From Octopus vulgaris (Eukaryota), in contig OX597833.1 in NCBI GenBank assembly GCA_951406725.2, forward strand, positions 30,504,001-30,568,000: a stretch of 64,000 nt of DNA, given 5' to 3'. The notes under the pieces were generated by a model. That model had not been told where the DNA came from, did not search any database, and saw only the letters and a program-made list of their open reading frames with translations. The position numbers and the translations under genes are program-made. Shown here piece by piece: positions 25,738 to 39,947 of the stretch. The first letter of the stretch is position 1; every line of letters begins with the position of its first letter.

Positions 25738-26121
25738 TAAACAAAACTGTCTGACAAACGGGAACATGAAACACTGAGTAACAGTTTTTGTGATATTTAT
25801 GCTGCTTTTCCATAAAGTGTATATATATAATATATATATACATACACACACGTGTGTATATATGTATATATATATATATATTATATACTTTATTTAAAGC
25901 AGCAGAAAATTCTACAAAACCTGTTACTCTGAGTTTCGCTTTGCCGTTCATCGGACAGTTTTTTCTAACAAAAACTGTCCGATGAACGGCAACACGAAAC
26001 TCAGAGTAACAGGTTTTGTAGAATTTTCTGCTGCTTTAAATAAAGCATATTACTCTACCACTGGTATTTGAGTACTCTTTTTTTCCACCTTGTTTCACAT
26101 TTATGTGTTTACTCACTCCGG
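25735..26121. mobile_element. Short HHR-bearing repeat R3: one diverged copy (25735-25820) and a head-to-head fold-back (25883-26121) in (TA)n
   Basis: HHR-like motifs at 25916-25962 (-) and 25971-26017 (+): AAAACUGU-CCGAUGA-ACGGCAACAC-GAAA-CUCAGAG-UA-ACAGGUUUU; same family at 49599-49790. Confidence 0.75.
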
Positions 26122-26129
26122 TATATATA

Positions 26130-26234
26130 TATTATATTAAATTAGAGATAAAACCACTATTAGGCAAATCAAACAGTGAAAAACATAAGCCTATTGATTT
26201 GCCTAATAGTGGTTTTATCTCTAATTTAATATAA
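26130..26234. repeat. Fold-back of a PLE-type terminus in (TA)n
   Basis: attatattaaattagagataaaaccactattaggcaaatcaa and its reverse complement; the end resembles 53770 ttagagaaaaccacc. Confidence 0.75.
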
Positions 26235-26315
26235 TATATTTATACTATAAAATTGGATTTAATCCTAAATCTAATTTTTCCCTGTAAGTTTGGATTTATT
26301 CCCTAATATTATTAT

Positions 26316-26411
<96 letters not shown>

Positions 26412-26414
<3 letters not shown>

Positions 26415-26785
26415 CGCAGGAGTGGCTGTGTGGTAAGTAGCTTGCTAACCAACCACACGGTTGCGGGTTCAGTCCCACTGCGTGGCATCTTGGGCAAGTG
26501 TCTTCTGCTATAGCCCCAGGGCCGACCAATGCCTTGTGAGTGGATTTGGTAGACGGAAACTGAAAGAAGCCTGTCGTATATATGTATATATATATGTATG
26601 CGTGTGTTTGTGTGTCTGTGTTTGTCCCCCTAGCATTGCTTGACAACCGATGCTGGTGTGTTTAGGTCCCCGTCACTTAGCGGTTCGGCAAAAAGAGACC
26701 GATAGAATAAGTACTAAAAGGTGGTGCTCCAGCATGGCCGCAGTCAAATGACTGAAACAAGTAAAAGACTAAAAAGAGTAAAAGA
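26412..26785 (+). mobile_element. Full-length tRNA-derived SINE with an internal (TA)/(TG) tract and a LINE-like tail
   Basis: A/B boxes tggctgtgtggtaag and ggttcagtccc; tail ggtggtgctccagcatggccgcagtcaaatgactgaaac. Confidence 0.9.
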
Positions 26786-26824
26786 GTATATATATTTTAT
26801 ATATATATATATATATATTTTATA

Positions 26825-27706
26825 TCATCATCATCATCATCGTTTAACGTCCGTTTTCCGCGCTAGCACCGGTTGGACGGTTCGACAGGGGTCTGGGAAG
26901 CCAGGGGCCGCTCCAGGCTCCAGTCTGATTTGGCAGAGTTTCTATGGCTGGATGCCCTTCCTAATGCCAACCACTCCGTGAGTGGATTGGGTGCTTTTTA
27001 CGTGCCACCTGCACAGGGGCCGGGGGGTCCGGCATTGGTCGCGATCGGTTCGAGCTTTTAACGTGCCAGCGGCACGGGGGCAACTGGGTCCGGGTACTTT
27101 GGGGATCCGGGGTACTTTGAATGGGTAGGGAGTATGTGGAATTGCTGCAGAAAGTAGCCCGGGTCTTTGCAGTCACAGCATATCTCCAGAGATCTCGGTC
27201 TTTCGCCATTGCCTCAGTGAGGCCCAATGCTCTGAGGTCATGCTTGACTACCTCATCCCATGTCTTCCTGGGTCTACCTCTCCCCCTGATACCTTCAACT
27301 GTTTGGGAGTGGCACTTCTTCACACATCTCTCTTCATCCATCCGCAGCACATGACCATACCATCGCAAGCGTCGCTCTTGCACACCACATCTGATGCTTC
27401 TTATATCCAGCATTTCTCTTAGGATGCTTACACTCTGTCTTGCGTGCACACTGACACTACACATCCAGCGGATCATGCTAGCTTCATTTCTTTCAAGTCT
27501 ACGCATGTCCTCTGCAGTCACTGCCCATGTTTCATTACCGTGAAGCATGGCAGTTCGCACACATGCATCATACAATCTACCTTTCGCTCTGAGGGAGAGA
27601 CCTTTTGTTGCCAGTAGGGGTAGGAGCTTTCTGAACTTTGCCCAGGCTATTCGTATTCTAGTGGTGATACTCTCTGTGCATCCACCTCCGCTACTAACTT
27701 GGTCAC
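26825..27706 (-). mobile_element. RTE LINE 3' fragment
   Basis: YDACVRTAMLHG...RGRPRKTWDEVV plus 3' UTR. Confidence 0.9.
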
Positions 27707-29258
<1,552 letters not shown>

Positions 29259-29358
29259 NNNNNNNNNNNNNNNNNNNNNNNNNNNNNNNNNNNNNNNNNN
29301 NNNNNNNNNNNNNNNNNNNNNNNNNNNNNNNNNNNNNNNNNNNNNNNNNNNNNNNNNN
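29259..29358. other. Assembly gap (100 N)
   Basis: N run. Confidence 1.
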
Positions 29359-30910
29359 GTATGTCAAATGCTTTTCTTAATGTGGTTTACACCACACGCA
29401 AACGCACACACACAGTGTGCAACGAATAAAATGAAAGTAAATAGTGACAGAGTGATTTGAGGAAGACTAAACTGAAAGTATTTAAACCACTACTCAAAAA
29501 ATAAAAAAACACAGCAAACAGAAACAAATAAATACATAACAATTTACTCCTCACACAATTTCTTCAATTAGAATTTACCTAAGATTTTTCAAAGTACTCC
29601 ATTCGCTCATGCCATAATATATTTCTGTCAGTTTCACCCCCAATTAAGACAAAATTCGAGAAAACTCAATATTTTAACATTTCACTCCAAAGCATTGTGT
29701 ATATGTGTGCGTGCGTGTGTGTGTGTGTGTGTGTGTGTGGTGTGTAAGTGAAGTGCTTTTGTTAGTTGTGTAAAGAGACAGACACAGAAAGTGTGGAGTG
29801 ACTGAGAGAGAAAGAGAGAGAGAGGTTATGTATGTATATATGTATGTATGGCTTCAGTGTGTACACCTAAAGAGACACACACACACACAAGCGGAGCGCG
29901 AACTTCAAAATTTTGGTAGTATTAATTTGACAGAAAGCGCGCGTAACTGAAAGTTTTCACTATGATATCATCACGTGCGAAAAAATTCGAAGGGTTTTGA
30001 ACAATTGAGATACAGATGTCACGCCTGTATTGAAACCATTGCTAAGCTGCCGTAATTGCTTAATTAAGACTTTGTTTAAATTGAAAGGGGCAAATATGTG
30101 ACGAGGTTGAAAAAAAATACCCCAGAAAAAAAAATGTACTGCTGGTATTTATATAATTCACTACTATTTTGCTACAATGTCATGAAAAAGAAAAAATTTA
30201 GGTATGTAAATCGAATTCGCTCAATACCCCCTTTTCTCCGTTTTCGTTAGTGTAAAAAAAATTATTATTTAAGTTTTTAAAAATTATTTACTTTGCTCAC
30301 AAAATATTATTGATTAATTAATTTTCAAGAATATTTTACTTTATTCTGTAAAATAGTAATTGAATTCATTTATCTGTAAATCCGCGAGGTTGTTACTCAG
30401 GCACCCAGAATGGTAACCTTCAATCCAACATTGTTTCCTCCGAGACCCTGCGGCGCAAGTTGACCAAAATTGAGAGTATGGTAGAAGAAGCACGTTGCTC
30501 TTCCTTCCGTAGAACATAAAATTCAAATCGACCATGTTAACACCAAAAATTATTTACATCAAAAAGATTTTTTTCTATGAAAATCTTTATTTTTTACGAT
30601 TTTTTTTTCACTGTGTGTCAATCCACTTTTCGGTGTATTTCGACCAGAAAAATGTTCACAAAATTTGTAACTTTTCAAAATTACAATTCCAGCGGGTCGA
30701 AAACAAACCCGAGCAACGCCGGGCGATACTGCTAGTATATATATGTTTGTACATATTACATGTACATCTAGATATATATATACATCTACACATATACATA
30801 CATATATCTATATGTATAGAAATAAATGTATACGTATACAGCTGTACATATACATGTATATCTATACATCCATATATATACATGTGTATGTAAGTATATA
30901 TATACACATG

Positions 30911-30975
<65 letters not shown>

Positions 30976-31057
30976 ATATATACATAAGTATATAAACACA
31001 TATATATATGTATATATATATATACATGAATATATATATATACATATACATATACAT

Positions 31058-31096
<39 letters not shown>

Positions 31097-33778
31097 CATA
31101 CATACATGTATATATATCATCATCATTATCATCATCATCTGCTTTCAATGTCCGTTTCCATGCTAGCATGGGTTGGACGATTTTGACTGAGGGCTGGTGA
31201 ACCAGATGGCTGCACCAGGCCCCAATCTTGATGTGGCAGAGTTTCTACAGCTGGATGCCCTTCCTAACGCCAACCACTCTGGTACCGGTGGTACTGGCAA
31301 CGACCTCGCTCGAATCTTTTTGCACATGCCACCAGCACAGGTGCCAGTAAGGCGATGTTGGTAATGATCATGCTCAAATGATGCCCCTTTACGTGCCACC
31401 GGCACGGAACCCAGTTGGCTGCTTTGGCGTCGATCACGCTCGGATGGTGCACTGGGGACCCTACTAGCACGGGCACAAGTGCCAGTAAGGCAATGCTGGT
31501 AATGATCACACTCGAACGGTGCATTTTATGTGCCACTGGCACAGAAGATGGTTAGACATCACGCTCGTATGGTGCTCTTTGCACACCGCTAGTACGGATG
31601 CCAGTCATCGAATGTGATTTTGATTTTGATTTTACTTGCCTCAACAGGTCTTCGCAAGTAGAGTTTAGTGTCCAAGGAAGGAAAAGGTACGCATAATCGG
31701 CTGGTTACGTGGCATGGGCCACAGGTTATGGTCTCATTTGGCTTTCCAGGTCTTCACAAAACAGCATATTTCCAAAAGTCTCGGTTGCTACCCATGGTGA
31801 GGCCAAAAGTGAGGGTTGTGCTTCACCACTTCATCCCAGGGCTTCCTGGTTACAGGTTCACCTTATATATGACATGACCATACCAAATCGTCTCCACACA
31901 TCTGATGTTTCGCATTCTGTCGAGTATGCACTGACATTACACACCCAGCGAATCATAGTGCTTGTGACATGTCCTCAGCAGTCACAGCCCATGTTTAACT
32001 ATCATGTAGCATGGCTGTTCATACACACAATCTACCTTTTACTCTGAGCGACATGTCCATTGAAATCGCCAACCACAAAGAGAAGGTCCCTGTCATTTGT
32101 CAATGTGGTAGTCAGCAAGAGGGTGTCATAGAATCGGTCTTTCTGTCCATCGGGTAGCCCTGGTTGAGGGCATAGGCCGAGATAATGGTTGCTAACCCAT
32201 GATGGAGCATTAATCTAATCTTAAGTATTCTGTCGCATACTCTAACTACCTCAATTACTTTATCTACCCATTTCTCCGCAAGAAGTATATCCACACGCCA
32301 ATCCCGTCAGTGTTCCCTGCCCAGAAAATCTTGTACCTGTGTTCTTTGACTGTGAGGAACCTAGCAGAACCTCCTCTCCACCTCACTTTGGATGCAGCAC
32401 ATATCGACACATCTCTGTTCAAGCATCTCAACAATCTCATATACCTACCTTTCAGTGTGCCGATGTTGAGAGTGCCAACCCTGAGGGTGTGGGAGGTATG
32501 GGCCCTAGAGATTCTGGGACGGGGGACAGTGGTGTCATGTACCTGAAAAGAGAGCTCGCATTTGGCAGAATATTCATAAGCAAACAATAGTCTTAAGTTC
32601 AACCTGCGTACACTACACTATCATGTTTTGCACTGTATGATCACCACCTTATATAGTAGGGGTGGGTTTGGCATAAGGCCTCTAGATGTGTTCATGGAGA
32701 CAAGCAAGGAAGACGAAATAGGGACTTCCGGCAAGGGTGGAAGGGGTGGGAGGGAGGGCAGGTGGGCGAACCGCAAACTGGCAACCATGCGCTAGGAGTT
32801 AAAAGAGACAGAGCGAAGGCCGATAGATAGATAGATAGACATATAGTGTAGGAATGAAAAGAGACAGAGTGAACGCCGATAGATGACACAGTGGGGGGGG
32901 GCACGACATATGCAGGAATGGTTCTGGGATTTGGAGAAAGACAAGACTGGAGATGAAAGGCTGTGTGATCCTGTGATAAATTTTCATGAGTGAAAGAATA
33001 TGTTGCAAATTAAGGAAATGCGTGAGCTAGGGTTTACGACGAAAACTATAGAACTATATTTACATGATGGTATGGTTTTGAAAGAGACAGAATAAGACAG
33101 AATAGCTAGAAAATAATAAGGGTTTATGATGATGATACTTGCAAAAATACAATGAAAGGTAAGTAAATAAGTTGAAGCTTAAAAATCTTATATCTGAAAT
33201 TTTTCATCCTCTGAGATTCATATTTATATAGCCAGGGCATATATATTTATATATAAGATAGATTCATATGTCTCACGTGTACACCAATCCAATGCATGAC
33301 AGTAGCACTCAACCCCCTTTGCTTGCGAATGTTGGGGCAAGAAATCAAATCTATTGAACCAGCCAGGACTTCGGTCTGGTGCCGGCAAGTACTTCTTACA
33401 TGGTGACTGGCTTCCATTGGCACATAAAATACACCGCCAACTCAGCCTGGCCTCTGTTAGTGTATGTATGCTTTTTACGTGCCACCTGCACAGGTGCCAG
33501 GCGAGGCTGGCAACGGCCACGGTTGGATTGGTGTATTTTATGTGCCAATGGCACGGAAGCCAGTCGAGGCGGCGCTGGCATCGGCCACGAGTTGGATAGT
33601 ATTTTTTACGTACCACCAGACCAGGGATCCTGGCTGGTTCAATTAGATTTCGATTTCGCTTGCCCCAACATGTCTTCGCAAGCAAAGGGGGTTGGCATGG
33701 GTGCCTGTCGTACGGTTGGATTGGTGTATTTTACGTGCCACCGGCACGGAAGCCAGTGTAGGCGGCGCTGGCATCGGC

Positions 33779-33812
<34 letters not shown>

Positions 33813-36086
33813 CTGGCTGTAAATATGAATCTCAGAGGATGAAAAATTTCAGATAAGAGATTTTTAAGCTTCAACTTGTTACTTACCTTTCATTGTATTT
33901 TTGCAAGTATCATCATCATAAACCCTTATTATTTTCTAGCTATTCTGTCTTACTTTCAAAACCATACCATCATGTAAATATAGTTCTATAGTTTTCGTCG
34001 TAAACCCTAGCTCACGCATTTCCTTAATTTGCAACATATTCTTTCACTCATGAAAATTTATCACAGGATCACACAGCCTTTCATCTCCAGTCTTGTCTTT
34101 CTCCAAATCCCAGAACCATTCCTCATGTATGTCGTGCCCCCCCCCACTGTGTCATCTATCGGCGTTCACTCTGTCTCTTTTCATTCCTACACTATATGTC
34201 TATCTATCTATCTATCGGCCTTCGCTCTGTCTCTTTTAACTCCTAGCGCATGGTTGCCAGTTTGCGGTTCGCCCACCTGCCCTCCCTCCCACCCCTTCCA
34301 CCCTTACCGGAAGTCCCTATTTCGTCTTCCTTGCTTGTCTCCCATGAACACATCTAGAGGCCTTATGCCAAACCCACCCCTACTATATAAGGTGGTGATC
34401 ATACAGTGCAAAACATGATAGTGTAGTGTACGCAGGTTGAACTTAAGACTATTGTTTGCTTATGAATTCTGCCAAATGCGAGCTCTCTTTTCAGGTACAT
34501 GACACCACTGTCCCCCGTCCCAGAATCTCTAGGGCCCATACCTCCCACACCCTCAGGGTTGGCACTCTCAACATCGGCACACTGAAAGGTAGGTCTGGTG
34601 AGATTGTTGAGATGCTTGAACAGAGATGTGTCGATATGTGCTGCATCCAAGAAGTGAGGTGGAGAGGAGGTTCTGCTAGGTTCCTCACAGTCAAAGAACA
34701 CAGGTACAAGATTTTCTGGGCAGGGAACACTGACGGGATTGGGCGTGTGGATATACTTCTTGCGGAGAAATGGGTAGATAAAGTAATTGAGGTAGTTAGA
34801 GTATGCGACAGAATACTTAAGATTAGATTAATGCTCCATCATGGGTTAGCAACCATTATCTCGGCCTATGCCTGTCAGCCAGGGCTACCCGATGGACAGA
34901 AAGACCGATTCTATGACACCCTCTTGCTGACTACCACATTGACAAATGACAGGGACCTTCTCTTTGTGGTTGGCGATTTCAATGGACATGTCGCTCAGAG
35001 TAAAAGGTAGATTGTATGACGCATGTGTATGAACAGCCATGCTACATGATAGTTAAACATGGGCTGTGACTGCTGAGGACATGCGTAAGCTCACAAGGAA
35101 TGAAGCCAGTATGATTCGCTGGGTGTGTAATGTCAGTGTGCATACTCGACAGAGTGTAGTGCCTTGAGAGAAATGTTGGAGCTAAGAAACATCAGATGTG
35201 GTGTGCAAGAGAGACGATTGCACTGGTATGGTCATGTGGCGAGAATGGAGGAGGATGCCTATATGAAAAATCGCCACACCCTAGCAGTTGAGGGAACCTG
35301 TGGAAGAGGTAGAACCAGGAAGCCCTGGGATGAAGTGGTGAAGCACAACCTTCGAACTTTTGGCCTCACCATGGAAATGACTAGCAACCGAGACTTTTGG
35401 AAATATGCTGTTTTTGTGAAGACCTGGAAAGCCAAATGAGACCATAACCTGTGGCCCATGCCAGGAGCGTAACCAGCCCGATTATGCGTACCTTTTCCTT
35501 CCTTGGACACTAAACTCTACTTGCGAAGACCTGTTGAGGCAAGTAAAATCAAAATCAAAATCACATTCGATGACTGGCATCCGTACTAGCGGTGTGCAAA
35601 GAGCACCATACGAGCGTGATCGTTGACAGAGCAGCTAACCATCTTCTGTGCCAGTGGCACATAAAATGCACCGTTCGAGTGTGATCATTACCAGCATTGC
35701 CTTACTGGCACTTGTGCCCGTGCTAGTAGGGTCCCCAGTGCACCATCCGAGCGTGATCGACGCCAAAGCAGCCAACTGGGTTCCGTGCCGGTGGCACGTA
35801 AAGGGGCATCATTTGAGCATGATCATTACCAACATCGCCTTACTGGCACCTGTGCTGGTGGCATGTGCAAAAAGATTCGAGCGAGGTCGTTGCCAGTACC
35901 ACCGGTACCGGAGTGGTTGGCGTTAGGAAGGGCATCCAGCTGTAGAAACTCTGCCACATCAAGATTGGGGCCTGGTGCAGCCATCTGGTTCACCAGCCCT
36001 CAGTCAAAATCGTCCAACCCATGCTAGCATGGAAACGGACATTAAACGATGATGATGATAATGATGATGATATATATACATGTATG

Positions 36087-36141
<55 letters not shown>

Positions 36142-37728
36142 ATGTATATGTATATGTATATATATATATTCATGTATATATATATATACATATATATATG
36201 TGTTTATATACTTATGTATATAGACATGTGTGTATATATATATATATATATATATGCATATACATGTGTGTATATATATATATATATATACATATACATG
36301 TGTATATATATACTTACATACACATGTATATATATGGATGTATAGATATACATGTATATGTACAGCTGTATACGTATACATTTATTTCTATACATATAGA
36401 TATATGTATACATGTATATGTGTAGATGTATATATATATCTAGATGTACATGTAATATGTACAAACATATATATACACACTAGCAGTATCGCCCGGCGTT
36501 GCTCGGGTTTGTTTCGACCCGCTGGAATTGTAATTTTGAAAAGTAAAAATTTTGTGAACATTTTTCTGGTCGAAATACACCGAAAAGTGGCGACACAGCA
36601 GTGAAAAAATCGTAAAAAATAGGGATTTTCATAGAAAAAAGCATCTTTTTGATGTAAATAATTTTTGGTGTTAACATGGTCCGATTTGAATTTTATGTTC
36701 TACGGAAGGAAGAGCAACCCTTCTTCTACCATACTCTCAATTTTGGTCAACTTGCGCCACAGGGTCTCGGAGGAGATAGTGTTAGTTGAAGGTTACCATT
36801 GTAGGTGCCTGAGTAACAACCTCGCGGATTTACAGATAAATGAATTAATTACTATTTTACAGAATAAAATTAAATAATTCTTGAAAATTAATTAATATTA
36901 ATATTTTGTGAACAAAGTAAATAATTTTTAAAACTTAAATAATAATTTTTTTTACACAAACGCGAACGGGGAAAAGGGGGTGGCGAATTCGATTTACATA
37001 CCTAAATTTTTTCTTTTTCATGACATTGTAGCAAAATAGTAGTGAATTATATAAATACCAGCAGTACATTTTTTTTTCTGGGGTATTTTTTTTCAACCTC
37101 GTCACATATTTGCCCCTTTCAATTTAAACAAAGTCTTAATTAAGCAATTACGGCAGCTTAGCAATGGTTTCAATACAGGCGTGACATCTGTATCTCAATT
37201 GTTCAAAACCCTTCGAATTTTTTCGCACGTGATGATATCATAGTGAAAACTTCAGTTATTTCTGTCTTTCACTCTGTCTGTCTCTTTACACACACTAACA
37301 AAAGCACTTCACTTACACACCACACTTTCTGTGTCGCACAACCCATCAAACACACACACACACACACTCACGCACGCACACATATACATCAATGCTTTCG
37401 GAGTGAAATGTTAAAATATTGAGTTTTCTCGAATTTTGTCTTAATTGGGGGTGAAACTGACAGAAATATATTATGGCATGAGCGAATGGAGTACTTTGAA
37501 AAATCTTAGGTAAATTCTAATTGAAGAAATTGTGTGAGGAGTAAATTGTTATGTATTTATTTGTTTCTGTTTGCTGTGTTTTTTTATTTTTTGAGTAGTG
37601 GTTTAAATACTTTCAGTTTAGTCTTCCTCAAATCACTCTGTCACTATTTACTTTCATTTATTCGTTGCACACTGTGTGTGTGCGTTTGCGTGTGCTGTAA
37701 ACCAGACTAAGAAAAGCATTTGACATAC
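29359..37728. repeat. ~8.4-kb fold-back palindrome centred near 33475, probably an assembly artefact
   Basis: gtatgtcaaatg at 29359 mirrors catttgacatac at 37728; all internal repeats are mirrored; the left arm is rich in small deletions. Confidence 0.9.
34300..36070 (+). mobile_element. Internally deleted RTE LINE (5' end and APE joined to post-RT and 3' UTR); mirror copy at ~31118-32720
   Basis: TLRVGTLNIGTL...GDFNGHV joins directly to LRVKGRLYDACV at ~34990. Confidence 0.85.
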
Positions 37729-37921
37729 ACACCAGAATGTGAGTTTTCTGTAAATTTTGCTTAATTGGAGTTTAAATTTTAAAAACTGGACCTGGCATGA
37801 CCCGATGCATTCTACTCTTAAAAATGCTAGGTAAATTGTAATTGAAGAAATCCTATATTGTAGATTTCTATAACTTACAAAGGGAGGCAGATAAAATCTG
37901 CCTTTTATAATAAGAGATAGA
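36480..37921 (-). mobile_element. Non-autonomous Helitron (mirror partial copy at 29359-30735)
   Basis: On the - strand: A|TCTATCTCTTATTATAAAAGG ... CCCGAGCAACGCCGGG-CGATACTG-CTAG|T, i.e. TC start, subterminal GC hairpin, CTAG end, A/T target. Confidence 0.75.
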
Positions 37922-37961
37922 TACATGTATACATATACACACCCATACACACACACATACA

Positions 37962-38290
37962 TAGCTGCAGGTGTGGCTGTATGGTAACAAACTTTGTCCC
38001 AAAACACATGGTCCTGGGTTCAGTCCCACTGTGTGGTGGTGACTTGGCATGTGTCTTTTGCTATAGCCTCAGACCAACAAAAGCCTTGTCAGTGGATTTT
38101 GTAGACAGAAACTGAAAGAAATCTATCGTATATATATGTATACATGTAAGTCTATGTGTGTGTCTTTGTGTTTCTCCCCCATCACTGCTTCACAACTGCT
38201 GTTTGTTTATTTAGAGCCCCATAACTTACTAGTTTCACAAGAAGAAACTGATAGTATAAGTACCAGGCTTATCAACATAAAAAAAGCACT
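37962..38290 (+). mobile_element. tRNA-derived SINE, diverged
   Basis: Homologous to 26412-26720. Confidence 0.85.
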
Positions 38291-38929
38291 ACGCTGTGTC
38301 TCACATTTTCGTTTGCCCACTCAGTTGTATCTATCAATTTATCATTGTGTGTTTGTGTATATATATATATATATATTACACACACATGCACACACACATG
38401 CACACACACATTTATATATTTATATACATGTATGTATATGTATACATTCATATTTATTATATCAATAGATTGTAAATTTATTCTGTCCAGTTACGTGTCA
38501 GTATAGTAGTCATTCGCAAATTCCAACTTTCATTTATCCTTAGTGTTCACGTAACACAGTTGTTAATGTTTATTTCAGTTGGGTCACGCCCTTCCGATTG
38601 TTTTAGATTCATAATGCTGTGCCTGTCACGTGCATGGTGAGGAATACTATATTGGGAGTGGTAACGACTAGGGTACTGTAGCTGGCTGCTTATTGTGATC
38701 ATTCATCTTTTGGTTTCCTGTAGCTTTGCTCTCTTTTACAAACCCAGTGAACATATATTTCCTATTTCAAAGAAATTCAAACAATAGATATAAGACCCAA
38801 GTTAAAAAGATTCTCAACAATTCATCTTCTCTGGTTGACGTTAAGATGCCCACCCCCAATAGAGTCCTTAACTCTCACATTTTAGAGCTCCATGACCTCC
38901 ATTTTTCAGCAGCAAAATCCTTTTAACAG

Positions 38930-39153
38930 GTTCTACAAGACTGGAATTTTGGAATATGTGCATAAAAATCAGTAGTATGGGATACATGTGGCACGATTAC
39001 AATTTTTTTAGGGTTCGTAAGGAGGGAGATAACCCTCATCTGCAATTTTGATGAAATTCGAAACAGATATTCCAGTTCATTAAAGAAAATATAAGAGAAA
39101 AGTCTAATTCTTCAATTGTATGTAACTAGGGCAATGCCAGGTAACTCTGCTAG
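38930..39153 (+). mobile_element. Probable Helitron 3' fragment
   Basis: Ends ctagggcaatgccagg-taactctg-CTAG|T, like the 36480 terminus; 5' limit uncertain. Confidence 0.5.
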
Positions 39154-39278
39154 TGACTCCATAAAGTAATTCAATTAATAATGAAAGATATTTATATATA
39201 TTTAAATATATTATTATTTACATTGTACTAAAATTTCTATGCTAAATAATACTCATTAAAAAAAATACACATTAAAAC

Positions 39279-39385
39279 GACAACACGCATTTCGTGGCTT
39301 TGTATACAAATCTGTAATATCAAAATCGATAATCTCAAAAATTAATATTTCTTCGATCCAATGATACATAGTCACTCTTCGGGTC
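39279..39385 (-). ncRNA. Degenerate Type I hammerhead motif (relative of 53925-54007)
   Basis: GAC-CCGAAGA-GUGACU[loop]AGCCAC-GAAA-UGCGUG-UU-GUC. Confidence 0.6.
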
Positions 39386-39427
39386 TCAATTTCATAATAT
39401 AAATAAATAAATTTACAACATAAATTT

Positions 39428-39468
<41 letters not shown>

Positions 39469-39599
39469 AATAATATATATATATATATATATAATATGTG
39501 TATCAATATTATATATATATATATAATATAAATATATATATATTTTTATATGTATATAATATATATCTTAAATATATGTACATAGATATATAATATATA

Positions 39600-39801
39600 T
39601 AGTGAGAATTTACAAAAAAACAAGACACGAAGACGGGTGTGTAAACAACAAACACATGTATTAGTTTAACTCTCGGTAATTGAGAAAATCTTTGGATACA
39701 AAGAAACAGAAATAAACAGGGAAAGAATATCATGGCGAATGCTGGACAGAAGATCACACAGGAGAGGTAGGTAGAAGGGGAGAAAATAAAGTAGTGGTGA
39801 T

Positions 39802-39803
<2 letters not shown>
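39600..39803 (-). repeat. Family A dispersed repeat, deleted copy
   Basis: tttacaaaaaaacaagacacgaagacgggtgtgtaaacaacaaac, homologous to 4200. Confidence 0.65.
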
Positions 39804-39858
<55 letters not shown>

Positions 39859-39947
39859 TATAATATACTTACATATTTAATATTTATGTATATAATATAT
39901 ACACATATATGTGTATATAATACACACACACGCACATATATATCACG

